NCBI GenBank assembly: GCA_000004985.1
Contig: GG738872.1
Source: Naegleria gruberi
Taxonomy: Eukaryota
Reading direction: 5' to 3' (one strand)
DNA length: 64,000 nucleotides
Of this stretch, positions 41,800-53,119 are shown one piece after another. The position numbers and the translations under genes were made by a program. The notes beneath the pieces were generated by a model. The model was not told where the DNA came from, searched no databases, and saw only the letters and a list, made by a program, of their open reading frames with translations. Numbering within the stretch: the first letter of the stretch is position 1; every line of letters starts with the position of its first letter.

Positions 41800-42978
41800 A
41801 TGCAACAAGAGAGCCGAACCCTTACATCACCTGAAAAGTTTCAAATTGCAAGATTAAGGGTAATCAAAGGTATGAAAGATGGAGGATTCTTATCAGAAGA
41901 AGACTTCAACAAGGAGAGGATGAAAATCATTGATAATATGGTTGGACTATCGCCAAGAAAACAATCAAATCCTAACACCCCCATAAAACCAAATACTGTA
42001 CTATCGCCTCCTTCCACTCCTCGTCTACCAACTCCATCACCTAGTACAATAACACCCCCAAGACAAAATGAACAATCGGATCCAATTCTATCACAAAATA
42101 TTAGATTAACAGAGGACTCTGCCGAAGATATTGAAAGAATAAGGGAACAATTTAGGGATTTTAAGATTATGATCATGGCCAAATTACAAATCCTTGAAGA
42201 GGGTTATTTACTTCATTTCAAATCAATGAAAACTCTTCCATCATCATCAGAATTAGGGGATTTAAATAAGAATTTAAATAAGAGAATGGATCAAATTATT
42301 CAACAATTTTCTGAAAAAGTGGCAACCCTGTCTTTAGAGCTTAAAGACATTAGAAGCGATTTGGAGAAGAGAAATCAAAGCGATTATGACACCAAGTTAA
42401 TTGAAATAGAGGAAGAGATTTCAAATATAGCTTTCCAAACACATGAAAGACTCGATGATATGGATCACAAAGTGTCTGAGATGGAAATCTCAAATGTAGA
42501 TATTTACAAAAAACTAGGAGAAACTGTAACATTATTCACTAATCAAAATGAACTCTCAATGAAGAAAGTTGGAGAGACGGAGAAGAAGATTTTGGAAGAG
42601 TTTGAAAATTTCATTAATCAAGCAAAGATAAATAAGGAGAAGGATTTTGCAAACTTGGAATCGAAAATGAAGATATCATTGGCAAAGATGCAAGAACATC
42701 TCGAAAGCTCGCAGGAGGAAGCCTTATCGAACATGGATTCAGAACTGTTTGTCATCAAACAGAGAATGGGAATGGAAGAGATAGACGAAGAAGAGAAAGA
42801 CCCAGTACAAATATTAAACAAACTCAAAGAAGGAGTGGGTGACCAAATGAAATCATTCGAGAAGAAGCTGGAAGAAATATCAAAACCACCACCAGTTGAT
42901 TATGCATCCTTAATACCAACTCTCTTATCAAGAATAGACTCTTTAGAAGAAAAAGTTATATTATTAGAAAAACAATAA
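41800..42978 (+). CDS. Coiled-coil protein, about 392 aa.
   Basis: ATG at 41800 (the ORF-track start at 41743 is GTG). A proline-rich segment (PSTPRLPTPSPSTITPP) is followed by extended heptad-repeat sequence rich in E/K/L. Confidence 0.45.
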   Translation: MQQESRTLTSPEKFQIARLRVIKGMKDGGFLSEEDFNKERMKIIDNMVGLSPRKQSNPNTPIKPNTVLSPPSTPRLPTPSPSTITPPRQNEQSDPILSQNIRLTEDSAEDIERIREQFRDFKIMIMAKLQILEEGYLLHFKSMKTLPSSSELGDLNKNLNKRMDQIIQQFSEKVATLSLELKDIRSDLEKRNQSDYDTKLIEIEEEISNIAFQTHERLDDMDHKVSEMEISNVDIYKKLGETVTLFTNQNELSMKKVGETEKKILEEFENFINQAKINKEKDFANLESKMKISLAKMQEHLESSQEEALSNMDSELFVIKQRMGMEEIDEEEKDPVQILNKLKEGVGDQMKSFEKKLEEISKPPPVDYASLIPTLLSRIDSLEEKVILLEKQ

Positions 42979-42979
42979 G

Positions 42980-45004
42980 TTATTTATCATAAACATTATG
43001 TGAACCAATATTCATGTTGCCTGATATTTCCATAAGAATATTTTCTCTTCTATTTCCACTAAAAGTACATCTATCAATACTACCACGTGAATCATCCTTC
43101 ACCCAAATACCACTTTGTCTTCCTGAGCTGATTTTACAACCAAAAATGGTAGCTGTTGAACTACCTCCCAGTTTGATGTTTGTAAATTGATTGCTGTAAA
43201 TTTCAGTGTCTTGTAATTTAAGAGTACCATTACCTTTGGCTGAAATGCCAGTTTGCTTTCCATTATATACTTTACAATTCTCTATTTTTGCTTCGGATGT
43301 GTCAACTGATAAAATATTTGGATTATTGTTTTGGTAAATTGAACAATCTTTGACTGTAGCACTTGCATAACCTCTAACAAGAATTCCATTCTTTGTATTG
43401 TCATGAATGTCACATGAACACAAAATTGGTCCTGCTCTTCCTCCAACATCAACCCCAGATGATGTGTGTCCATAAATGTGATCGTACTCGAATATTGGTT
43501 TACAAAGATCCTTAAGCACAATACCTCGTAATTCTTCATTTTGTTTCTTTGTGCCTGTAAAATAAATAGTGTTAGAATGGAAGCTTGGCTTGGCAAACTC
43601 AGATACCAAAACATTCTTTCCAAAGTTATCATAAATAGAATTATTCTTAATTTCTGATGAGCATTTTCCTTTGGCCCAAATTCCAAAAGAAAGACCATCC
43701 CTAATCTTGTTATTAACAATTTCAGCATCAGAATCCTCGGTAATATATACATTTGGATAGGCATTTTGATAAATGTCGTTTTCCTCTATCTTTCCACCAG
43801 CATCCATTTTGAGAACTATACCATTCTCCTTGCAGTTGTGGATTTCATTTCTCGAAATAAATGGTTTGGCCTTATGTGATACAAATATGCCAGATCTTTT
43901 GTTGTTAGAAATAATATTCGAAATAATATGTGGATGAGAGTTATCACGAATGAATATTCCTCCAGATTTGCCATCAGAAATATCATTATTCTTAAGTATT
44001 GGATGAGACTTTCCTCTACAAGTAACACCCTCATAATTGTTTCTTAATATTTTGTTGTTTTTGATAATACCACTAGCATTCTTGCAAAATAAAATACCAA
44101 TCTTTGTACAATCCATAATGGAACAATTAGCAATAATTGGCTCTGCAAAGCCAGTCAAGTATAAACCATGTTCTACACTTGACATTATGTAACAATTAAG
44201 GATCTGGGTCTGGAATGAATTTTCAACTCTAGGACCGTCTACTTCTAACAATCCAGTATTTCTACTGCTTGTTGCTGGATCAATCTCTGAGCTACAGTCA
44301 TGATAAAAGGCCAAGTTAGAAAGTGTCACGTAATTTTCCACTACAGACATTAGGGGAACAGGTTGTGTACAAATAATTTTCACATTTGCTGGATTTTCTC
44401 CTGTAATATGTACACCTTCGACATTTACTGTTATGGTACTAGATACCTTATGTATGCCCGGACTTACTTGAATAGTATCATAAGGTAAAGCATTGGCTAA
44501 TGCTGCCTCAATAGAATGATAATGAGAAGGCTCATTGGAAACGTATAAAGTTCTTTTTCCTGCTCTCCTATCATCCAAATCTATTGCTACAATTTTCTTC
44601 TTTTTAGTTTTTGGAGCCATATCACATGATGATGAAGATGAATAATTGTTAGAAATATTTCTAAGTGGTTCTCTATCATCATTAGCAAAATTTCTCTTTC
44701 TCTTTTGCATGTTGGATTTTGGAATTTCATTTTCATCGGTCAATGAACATTTTGTCTTAAGCTCGGAAGTAATACCAAATGTTGAATCATTCAGAGAATT
44801 ACTAGATAAAATCATATTGTGAGGAGTTATTGTTGTTTGTTTAATACCAAACCAGCCTGACTCGAGATCAAGTCGGGTTTTGCTATCCTCCTCTACAATA
44901 ACTTCTTCATCGTCAATACCAAACAAATCCATATTGATTGCACGTGTTGGTGTTGGGGTTACTAGTTTGTCATTATCAAAATCTAACGAAAAGGACGGAA
45001 ACAT
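42980..45004 (-). CDS. Right-handed parallel beta-helix repeat (PbH1/CASH-type) protein, 674 aa.
   Basis: More than 12 tandem ~22-residue PbH1 units (e.g. NNKILRNNYEGVTCRGKSHPILKNNDISDGKSGGIFIRDNSHPHIISNIISNNKRSGIFV). ATG start. The N-terminal ~150 aa are non-repetitive. Confidence 0.7.
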   Translation of the reverse strand: MFPSFSLDFDNDKLVTPTPTRAINMDLFGIDDEEVIVEEDSKTRLDLESGWFGIKQTTITPHNMILSSNSLNDSTFGITSELKTKCSLTDENEIPKSNMQKRKRNFANDDREPLRNISNNYSSSSSCDMAPKTKKKKIVAIDLDDRRAGKRTLYVSNEPSHYHSIEAALANALPYDTIQVSPGIHKVSSTITVNVEGVHITGENPANVKIICTQPVPLMSVVENYVTLSNLAFYHDCSSEIDPATSSRNTGLLEVDGPRVENSFQTQILNCYIMSSVEHGLYLTGFAEPIIANCSIMDCTKIGILFCKNASGIIKNNKILRNNYEGVTCRGKSHPILKNNDISDGKSGGIFIRDNSHPHIISNIISNNKRSGIFVSHKAKPFISRNEIHNCKENGIVLKMDAGGKIEENDIYQNAYPNVYITEDSDAEIVNNKIRDGLSFGIWAKGKCSSEIKNNSIYDNFGKNVLVSEFAKPSFHSNTIYFTGTKKQNEELRGIVLKDLCKPIFEYDHIYGHTSSGVDVGGRAGPILCSCDIHDNTKNGILVRGYASATVKDCSIYQNNNPNILSVDTSEAKIENCKVYNGKQTGISAKGNGTLKLQDTEIYSNQFTNIKLGGSSTATIFGCKISSGRQSGIWVKDDSRGSIDRCTFSGNRRENILMEISGNMNIGSHNVYDK

Positions 45005-45346
45005 TTTGTTGACTCGTGTTTAATATAGAGCGCTACAATGAAATATTATTCCTTGTTGTGATGAGAGAAAAAGAAGAAGGCTTGTTGTTCTTGTGTTCTG
45101 AGCGGCAGAGTGTTTTTTGATCACAACAAGTGGCGCGCTTTTTTTTGATGAATTTTTAAATTGAAACGGTTCGATTTTTAAAATATTGTGAAAATTGGCT
45201 CGGTTCGAGTGTTGGCAAGAATTGCAAAAAGTGTGGCGCCGATTCATGGCTACAGAAAAATATCAATTTGGCTATTCGCAAAAGAAAAAGTATTCTCAAT
45301 GTGTTGTGGTGCAATTTCGAAATGATTAAAAGATGAAGAGAAAAAA

Positions 45347-47779
45347 ATGTTGCCAACTCTACAATCATTGTTTGATCCGATTGTCGGATCGGTGGAGAAG
45401 GCACTAGAAGGATTTGAAGAAGAAAATCAAGTGATATTCAATAGAGAATTGATAAGAGGTATTTATTTGTTCGGCTCACAGGTTTACTTTTGTAGGAAAC
45501 ATGGAGTATTAGATGAAACTTATTCCAAGTTAAAGTTTCAAACAAAAGATGATGAAATATTGGAATATTTGGATGATTCCGATTTTGATTTAATAATAGT
45601 GTGTGATGAGATGGTTTCTAGGAATTTTAGTGAAGGTGGATTGGCTGCTGATTTGCAATTTAAATTATATTTTGATTTACCAATTAAAACTTTTGATGGA
45701 AAAGAGTTGGAAGTGGAATTTGAAGTGTCTTTGGTTAATACTAAATACTTTATTTCATTTGTGAACTATCATCAACCTGTGCTGTTGCAACTTATTTGTG
45801 AGGAGAAATTAGACGAAAGATTTGTCATTTACGAAGAGGATTCAATGAGAAGGTGGAGAAGAGAATTTGGAAATTATTTTCTAAGAATTCCAAGGCTGAA
45901 ATATGCCTTCATTCACGAGTTAAATTATTCCATGAACAAATCTTTTAGATTTTGGAATTCATACATTGAGAGCTCACAAACGGATGAGACTTCATTGAAA
46001 AAAGTCAAGAAGAATATCTGTCACGGTTACAGATTGTTGAGGGTATGTTTCATTGAAGATAGTCATATTTAAACTTTATAGTTTGCTCACCAAATCCTGA
46101 TTCATGGAAGTGTATCTGACTTTTCAGAAACCAATGACTTTTACCAGCAAGTGTTTGTCAAGACGCAAAATTATACCTCTTGGAAGGAATATGAACAAGA
46201 ATATCAGAAATTTTATGATGACCTTGAAGAAAAATTTGAATCTCTTTGTAATTTTATTTTGGATAAGGCTGAGTCCTTACTTGTTGGAAATAGCTCAGAA
46301 CTAGCTATACTATCCTTTTTAAGGGAATCAAAACAAATCACCGATGAGTTTTTACATATATCCAACACGGATAATAGAAGTGTTGCTGTAAACTCTTTAG
46401 ATTTTCTGTACAGAGGAACAAGTAGCTCTTCAAGATTATTCTCATTAAGGGTTCACCCATTTGACTCACTTAAAACCACATTCGAGTTTTCACTAGATCC
46501 TCGCATTCATAGATCTGAAAATCCTCTCCTATATTTCAAAAGAGAAGATATTCGACAATGTAACGGATTGGTTGTGGAACAAATGGAAGGAACGAACAGA
46601 GCTATTTGCCTTCCGAGACCTCAATTACTTGATGTGAGAGAGTTTGAAAAGAGGGTTGGATCTGTAGAGCAAGAAAAGATCAACGCATTCTTATTCAATT
46701 CGGTCAAATACTACAGATGCTTCAAAAAACCATTTGGAAAGAATGTAAATATGTTTTTTGCATCTGATAACTGGGTACTAGCTTCCCCAGATTTGGATTT
46801 TAATGACTGGAAAGATACAATCTATTTGAGGAGGAAAGATACATGTTGGAGGAAAGATTTTTGGGACTGCTTTAATGATCTAGGAATGAAAAATCCTACC
46901 GATAGAACCAGTACTTTTATGTTTTGTTGGAATACGACCAGAAATAGCATTATGTTTGTTGGTAGCATTAAAAATGAGACCTATGTAGAGAATGTATTTG
47001 AATATGAAGAAACTGGAAAGAATTTGAATTGGGAGGTGATAGAAAGAGTTGCATCCTTGGATTTGGAAAAATGTTCACTCCTATCAATGAAAGAACAAAA
47101 TGAATGGATGTCCTCTCTTTCTCAAACTGTAATAGAGCTTAATCCTGAAATTTATGAGGGATTGCTATTTATTTCTCTTGAAAATCATTCAACAATTAAT
47201 TATCATGAATATAGAGCTTTTGAAATGAAGTGCCCTGTTCATCACCATATCAAAATACTCAATCTAACAAATAAGAATTATCCTAGCAGTGAGGTTCTTG
47301 ATTCTGTTGTAATTGAAAATCCACCTAGATCACTTATTAATTCTGACAAGATTGACCAACACCTTCTTGAGTGTGCGGTTCTTTCCAATTTTGATATCAC
47401 CCAAACAATTAGAGAAATTAATCCACTCTTCCAAGCCCCTTATAAGACTGTGCTAGAGAAATACGAAAGACTATGTCTTGATATTGACTCATTCTACCAT
47501 GAACAAATCCAGCAACACCCACTTTCAAAAATCAGCTCACTTTCCCTTCGCCTTTGCTTGAATCAACAAAAAATCCCTCAAAAACAACTCAAAGACCTTG
47601 TATTCAGACTCAAAACTTTTGAGGAATCTAGAAGTGATCCATTACTCAAATCTCACACTTTCTTTCAACATTTCATTTCACTATTACAGGTCCAACCGAA
47701 TCAGAAAAAGGCACGAGTTGAATTACAAACATTAATCAAACTTATCAAAATCTATGATTCCTCAAATACTCTGTACTAA
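45347..47779 (+). CDS. Hypothetical protein, about 798 aa, in two exons (45347-46042 and 46082-47779) joined by a 39-nt GTATGT...TTTATAG intron.
   Basis: The two ORF-track ORFs (45347-46072 and 46151-47779) are in the same frame. They are separated only by stops that lie inside a sequence with a canonical GTATGT donor and a TAG acceptor. The second frame is open from 46082. No confident domain. Confidence 0.5.
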
Positions 47780-48141
47780 TGACCCATATCCAATTCATGT
47801 AATGAGTAATATTATCTTACAGTCCACAGTATTGTTAGATTTCAAGAAAATTAACACGACAAAGTGTGGTAAATCCATAATCCAGACAATGCTAAATACC
47901 ATCAGTTCAAAATTGAAAGTGAGTAATAATTCCAAGAAACTCAAGTTGTTTGTAAAATGATTGTATTTGTTCAATTCTCTAAATCGTGCGACCAGTTTTG
48001 AAAAAATCCAGGTACCGCTTCCATTAGGAGTTTAAAAAAAATCGGAGAACAGGCTGTGCTAGGATTCTTGTTGTTAGAGTGTTTTTCAGTTAAATTAAAT
48101 AATCATTATTATAAATTTTGTACAAAGCCAACAGAGTCACA

Positions 48142-48879
48142 ATGTCTTTAGAACAACAACAAAACGTCGCCGAACAAGATCCTTTGGAAGGATGCCAATT
48201 AACAAATAGTGGAAAACATTTATCCCTTGTAGGAAAGGACATTTCGATAATTCCTTCGGCCTTGTTTAGTAGATTTGGTGCTTCTATTGAATCATTGGAT
48301 TTTAGTTTTAATAATTTGAAGAGAGTGGAAAATTTAAATAGATTTACAGCCTTGAAATCTCTCGTACTTGATAATAATTCTATTGATGATGTTAAACATT
48401 TCCCAAGTTTGTCAAATCTGGAAACATTATGGATGAATAACAATAGTATTTATGATTTGGATGCTACTATTGAAGCTTGTCTTCAAAAATTCCCTAAACT
48501 TATTTACTTGAGTTTACTGAAAAACCCAGCTTGTCCAAATGAATTTACTGGAAATGATACTGATGACTATCAACATTACAGACTTTATGTACTTTATAGA
48601 ATGCCAAATTTGAAGTTTTTGGATTCCCGACAAGTAACAGATGAAGAAAGAAAAGAAGCAGCTAGAAGAGGTAAATTCTGTAAAGTAGTCACTCCAGATT
48701 ATTCTCAATTGCAACAACAATCGGATGATACTGCTGACGATAGTCCTAAAGTTGATTATCTTGCTGCAAAGGATTATTATGATAAGGAAAAAACACACTC
48801 ATATTTTGGATATACTAGACATGTGTATACTGGTAAACACAGTGAAGGAAATAGATTTATCAAGAATAACGACTTATAA
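48142..48879 (+). CDS. Small leucine-rich repeat protein with an LRRcap-like C-terminus (SDS22/U2A'/ANP32-like class), 245 aa.
   Basis: ATG at 48142 (MSLEQQQ...). LRRs LDFSFNNLKRVENLNRFTALKSLVLDNNSIDDVKHFPSLSNLETLWMNNNSI followed by KFPKLIYLSLLKNP...YRLYVLYRMPNLKFLDSRQVTDEER (LRRcap). Acidic tail. Confidence 0.55.
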   Translation: MSLEQQQNVAEQDPLEGCQLTNSGKHLSLVGKDISIIPSALFSRFGASIESLDFSFNNLKRVENLNRFTALKSLVLDNNSIDDVKHFPSLSNLETLWMNNNSIYDLDATIEACLQKFPKLIYLSLLKNPACPNEFTGNDTDDYQHYRLYVLYRMPNLKFLDSRQVTDEERKEAARRGKFCKVVTPDYSQLQQQSDDTADDSPKVDYLAAKDYYDKEKTHSYFGYTRHVYTGKHSEGNRFIKNNDL

Positions 48880-48906
48880 GTCTACCAAAGTTTTGTGTAC
48901 AGCTGC

Positions 48907-50154
48907 TTAGTTATTTATTGAATAATCATTTTCCAATTCTGTTATTTGTATTATTCGTTCCACTATTTCTTGTTGTTCTGTGGTGAGAGGGATTGTCGAG
49001 CTTTTCAATTTTGGCACAATGCTCTGTTTGATATGAAATAGATATTTTAGTGATTTCTTATCGTATTGAGCTATTTTTTCTTCTGTAGAAGAATTGTTAG
49101 AGATTGGTGTTGTCGTTGTTTCATCTATTTCTGAATCGAAATCTTTTGGTTGCTCCTGTTGTCTATATGTCATCAATTCTTGTTGTTGTAACAAGTGACA
49201 TTGCCAAAAAGCAATAATCGCCTTGTGGTAATATCCTGCTTTTTCAAGACATTCTCCACAGATAGCATAGCTCTCGATACTATTGTTTCCTGTCAGATAC
49301 ATGAAATGAGAATAGCTCTTGAAGGCATTCAAATAGTCATCAAATTTCAAATATAAATCATACTGGCTCAAGAATAATTGCGGATCTAGTGATGGAGCCA
49401 ACTTGATAACAAGTCTATTCAACTCCAAAGCGTACCTTTCCAATTTGTTTTGTTGTAACATCTCGATTATCATTTTAAATTCTTGAACTTGTTCCATATT
49501 TAGCATGGAATAATTTGCTTGAATATTTACAATTTTTGAAATGTATTTTCTATTGAAATAGTCCAACACAAATTTGTATATTTGGGACTCTAATTCTCTC
49601 TTTTCATCTCTTTTAGTGGCTCCTAAATATTTGTCAATTAATTTCCTCAAAAAGAATACCCTCAATTCAAAATCTGATGGATTAACCATCAATTGTCTTA
49701 ATTGTAATTCCTTTAGTGACCTATTTTCCTCAATATTTGTCTTTCTAGCCAATTGTCCACTCTCAAAATCTCTCACTTGACTTCCTTCAATAATACAACT
49801 CTGCAATGATTGAATATTATTCAAATTTGTCGGATACAAGTGTGAATTAAGAACAAAACATCGAAAGGCTTGTTCATATTGTCCCATCCTCTCAAAACAC
49901 TTTCCATAATACCAGAAAATATTCATCAATTCGGTTGGTAATTTTCTCATCAGGAAATTAATTCTCCCTATCAGAGTTAAGCATTCCCGATCATCTTCGT
50001 GGAAATGTTGTTCAATTCTTTTAAATTCATCCTTTAAATATTCAATAGTGTATTTAATATTGTTATTTTCCAATGTAGGATCGGAAGAAGATGATTTCCT
50101 TCGTCGTGCAAAGTATTTTACTTGATGTTGTTGTGGCTTGTTTGCATTTTGCAT
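48907..50154 (-). CDS. Hypothetical helical repeat (TPR-like) protein, 415 aa.
   Basis: ATG start (MQNANKPQQHQ). Repeated amphipathic helix pairs with Y/F/W-rich packing (WYYGKCFERMGQYEQAFRCF, AICGECLEKAGYYHKAIIAFWQCH). Confidence 0.4.
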   Translation of the reverse strand: MQNANKPQQHQVKYFARRRKSSSSDPTLENNNIKYTIEYLKDEFKRIEQHFHEDDRECLTLIGRINFLMRKLPTELMNIFWYYGKCFERMGQYEQAFRCFVLNSHLYPTNLNNIQSLQSCIIEGSQVRDFESGQLARKTNIEENRSLKELQLRQLMVNPSDFELRVFFLRKLIDKYLGATKRDEKRELESQIYKFVLDYFNRKYISKIVNIQANYSMLNMEQVQEFKMIIEMLQQNKLERYALELNRLVIKLAPSLDPQLFLSQYDLYLKFDDYLNAFKSYSHFMYLTGNNSIESYAICGECLEKAGYYHKAIIAFWQCHLLQQQELMTYRQQEQPKDFDSEIDETTTTPISNNSSTEEKIAQYDKKSLKYLFHIKQSIVPKLKSSTIPLTTEQQEIVERIIQITELENDYSINN

Positions 50155-50262
50155 ATTTTTTTAATATATTAATTTAAATAATTATAATATTATATTATTT
50201 AATCTTTAATATTATAATAATATTAATTTTTTAAGGAATAATAATAATAATTTTTTTAAATA

Positions 50263-51780
50263 TTAAAACCCATCATTCATTAATGAAACATTCATTTCCC
50301 TATTTCCAAAAGTTGGTTTTTCTTCTTTTTTATCCGATTCCAAATTAGTTCCTCCAAGACAATCATTTAAAGATCCCATAACCTTATTGACCTTTCGAAT
50401 ATTGGCAGTCTTTCTAAACACTTTAATGAAAATCATCTCAAAGAACAAAACCAACCAAGCCAACACAAAGAAAATAATCAATAATAAGAAAATTCCCCAA
50501 AAATCATGAATTGTAATTCCAGACGAAATTGTGACTTCTTCCTCTCCAGAATGACAACTTCCCTTATCAACCCACCACGATTGAAACAATCGATTCACAA
50601 CTCCACTCTCCCTTAATTCCAATAAAATTACAGAAATATCTTCCATTAATTTCTGATCTGGACTAGCTGTCATATTTCTAGAAATTGCCAAAGCCATATT
50701 CTTTTGATCGAATAGCTCACCAACTTTGAGTGTATCACAAGGAGCCTGATTGGCCACATACTCCACGATTGTATTATCCCAAATAATTGCCTCAATCTCA
50801 TTCTTCCTCAATGCATTCACACAACCATCCAAATCAGGATAAAGAATCATATTCTTTCTAATATCTGCCATTTCATTCGATGTTTTAATATACTCAGCAG
50901 GGTCAGAATTAGCTGGAACTCCAAATTTAAATCCATACTTTCTCAAATCGGAGAGTGAAGTAATTTTTGTTACCTGAATTTTGGTTGTTAAAAAAGCTGC
51001 CAAATTTGCAGTGTAAGTTGCCAAGCAAATCATGGCAAAGATAAAGTAACCAATCATCATGATACGCGTGCTCCAACTTCTGCCAGTTTCACCTCCTGAA
51101 ATTCCTGTGATTGTTGACATGGAATTGAGAAAACTTGAAGATATGGTCAAGTTACTCTTGTCATTATCTTCAGATTCAAGTTTAGAATAACCAAATGGTG
51201 ATAATCTATCAAAAATCCATGAAAATATGCCAATGAGAAAGACTGAAACCAATATTAGAATCCAAACTTCATACGAAAATGGTTTCAGAAATGAGAATGG
51301 ATTATCAGATTCGTCAGCTTTAGGTACCAAAATTGATAAACCAGTATCCAGATAACTTGGTGTGAATTGTATCACAGGATATCTCACAGATGAAACTGAA
51401 AGTGGTCCAACAGCAACATGTGCCTTTCCACTTATCAAATCTCCAATCATTCCATTCCAAACATATTGTAAAGTGCCATCAGAAGTTTTGACTTGTTGTC
51501 TACTTCCGAATAAACCATCTTCTACTTCATAGAGCTCGAGTGATACGTTGTGTAATCGTGATGTAATTTCTCTGAATATATCAATGAGAAATCCATAATA
51601 TCTTCCATCTTGAGAAGTTTCGTTTCTGTTAATAAATACGAAAGGTGGTTGATGAATGGCTACTCCACGAATTGTCATGTCCTTGGTTGCGTAGGCAGAA
51701 ATAACTTGTAATTTAGCATGAAGAAACAATACAAGTAAAAGGAAGGATAAATGCAGCAAACGAGACTTTCGAATAATCAT
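50263..51780 (-). CDS. Ionotropic glutamate receptor-type ligand-gated channel lacking an amino-terminal domain (S1-M1-P-M3-S2-M4 topology), 505 aa.
   Basis: Signal peptide, then a periplasmic-binding-protein-like S1 lobe. TM and pore region VWILILVSVFLIGIFSWIF ... RIMMIGYFIFAMICLATYTANLAAFLT carries the YTANLAAF signature that marks iGluR M3. Then the S2 lobe and the final TM FWGIFLLLIIFFVLAWLVLFF. Confidence 0.8.
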   Translation of the reverse strand: MIIRKSRLLHLSFLLLVLFLHAKLQVISAYATKDMTIRGVAIHQPPFVFINRNETSQDGRYYGFLIDIFREITSRLHNVSLELYEVEDGLFGSRQQVKTSDGTLQYVWNGMIGDLISGKAHVAVGPLSVSSVRYPVIQFTPSYLDTGLSILVPKADESDNPFSFLKPFSYEVWILILVSVFLIGIFSWIFDRLSPFGYSKLESEDNDKSNLTISSSFLNSMSTITGISGGETGRSWSTRIMMIGYFIFAMICLATYTANLAAFLTTKIQVTKITSLSDLRKYGFKFGVPANSDPAEYIKTSNEMADIRKNMILYPDLDGCVNALRKNEIEAIIWDNTIVEYVANQAPCDTLKVGELFDQKNMALAISRNMTASPDQKLMEDISVILLELRESGVVNRLFQSWWVDKGSCHSGEEEVTISSGITIHDFWGIFLLLIIFFVLAWLVLFFEMIFIKVFRKTANIRKVNKVMGSLNDCLGGTNLESDKKEEKPTFGNREMNVSLMNDGF

Positions 51781-52189
51781 GTGATTGATTAGGATAGGTG
51801 ATGTGAAGCTTTTTTTCTGTTTGATTTGCAGGAGTGTGAAACCAAAATGTTCCTCTGGTATTTGCTATCGTGCCAATTTTGGTGGAGTTTGTTGTTTTCA
51901 GTCAACTTGGCAACACGGACCAATACCAATTCTTCCACTCGCATTGTAAACATCACACTATTCGAAAGTGGCAGAAAAGTCTCCCAATTGTTTTCTTAAT
52001 AGATTAATCCAATAACATGTGTTGTTATTCCTCAATAGAAGTAACATTTAGATTTTTGAACATTTACAGTTTTTGGAATGAAAACTAAAATTTTCGTTCT
52101 TTCGTATTCACAAACTTCACGTTCATTCTAAGATCTATTTTTGTAACCTGGAAAAAAACAAAATATTTCGATCAAATAATAGAAAAAAA

Positions 52190-52945
52190 ATGAAACGAGG
52201 CTTTTCGCAATTTTATGAAAGTTTTGAAACTCTGAATGAATATGAAGAATATGAGCATGGGAATTTGATGTATCAATGCTGCACTAATAACAATACCTGC
52301 AATAATAATTATTCATCATCATCGGAAGAAGGAAATGCTTTTGAATATTCTCCATCCAATAAGAAGAAAAAGACAACAACACAACAGACAATAATACTGG
52401 ATAATAATGGTACTCCTACTACGATGTATTATAATAGTGATAGCAGTAACAATGATAGTAGTAATATTATGGATAATGTGATAATTACTGCAACCAATAA
52501 TAAGAGCCGATCATTGTCCATGCAATCAATTTTGCAAGGACAATATTTAGTGCAATATGGTGGTAATAGTGATAGTGTAAATAAGAACAATCATGATATG
52601 AATTCAAGGGGAGAGAGAAGAATTGCTCTATCGATAGTTAGCTCTGAACTACATGGTGGGTTGTTTAATTTTGAGATTGTAGAGTGGAGCTTATTGAAGG
52701 AAGAAGGAAGATCGAAACTTGATGTGTTATCAGGAATAATTCAGTTGAATGGAGATAATAGAATTGGTATGGTGTGCCATAAGAAATCTGTGTTTAAATC
52801 TCTAATATCAGGACCTGAACAGTATTGGAAATGTGAGGAGATTCCACTTGACGAATATCAATCAGTGGTTGCCTTGAGGAAGGGTAATCAATTGGAATTG
52901 AAAATTGTTGTAAGAGGAATCGAATATACCTTCTCTAAACGATAG
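52190..52945 (+). CDS. Hypothetical protein, 251 aa, with an N/S-rich N-terminal half.
   Basis: ATG-initiated ORF. No domain recognised. Confidence 0.35.
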   Translation: MKRGFSQFYESFETLNEYEEYEHGNLMYQCCTNNNTCNNNYSSSSEEGNAFEYSPSNKKKKTTTQQTIILDNNGTPTTMYYNSDSSNNDSSNIMDNVIITATNNKSRSLSMQSILQGQYLVQYGGNSDSVNKNNHDMNSRGERRIALSIVSSELHGGLFNFEIVEWSLLKEEGRSKLDVLSGIIQLNGDNRIGMVCHKKSVFKSLISGPEQYWKCEEIPLDEYQSVVALRKGNQLELKIVVRGIEYTFSKR

Positions 52946-53119
52946 AATATAGTTTCACATTTGAATTTACCCTTTCCCAAAGAAATGGAATGTTATTTAT
53001 GTAAATATCTTGAAAATTAAATTATTCCAATACAAATCATTAGCTCTTTAAAAATTGGTTAAGTGAGGAAATTCGGAAAGAAAATTATTGAAATAATAAT
53101 AATTTATAATCTACAAATT

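Noticed and set aside
50155-50262. AT-only tract (ATAATATTA-type repeats) between two minus-strand genes
   Set aside because: It is a simple low-complexity promoter/terminator spacer typical of an AT-rich genome with no higher-order repeat structure. Noted but not called as a feature.
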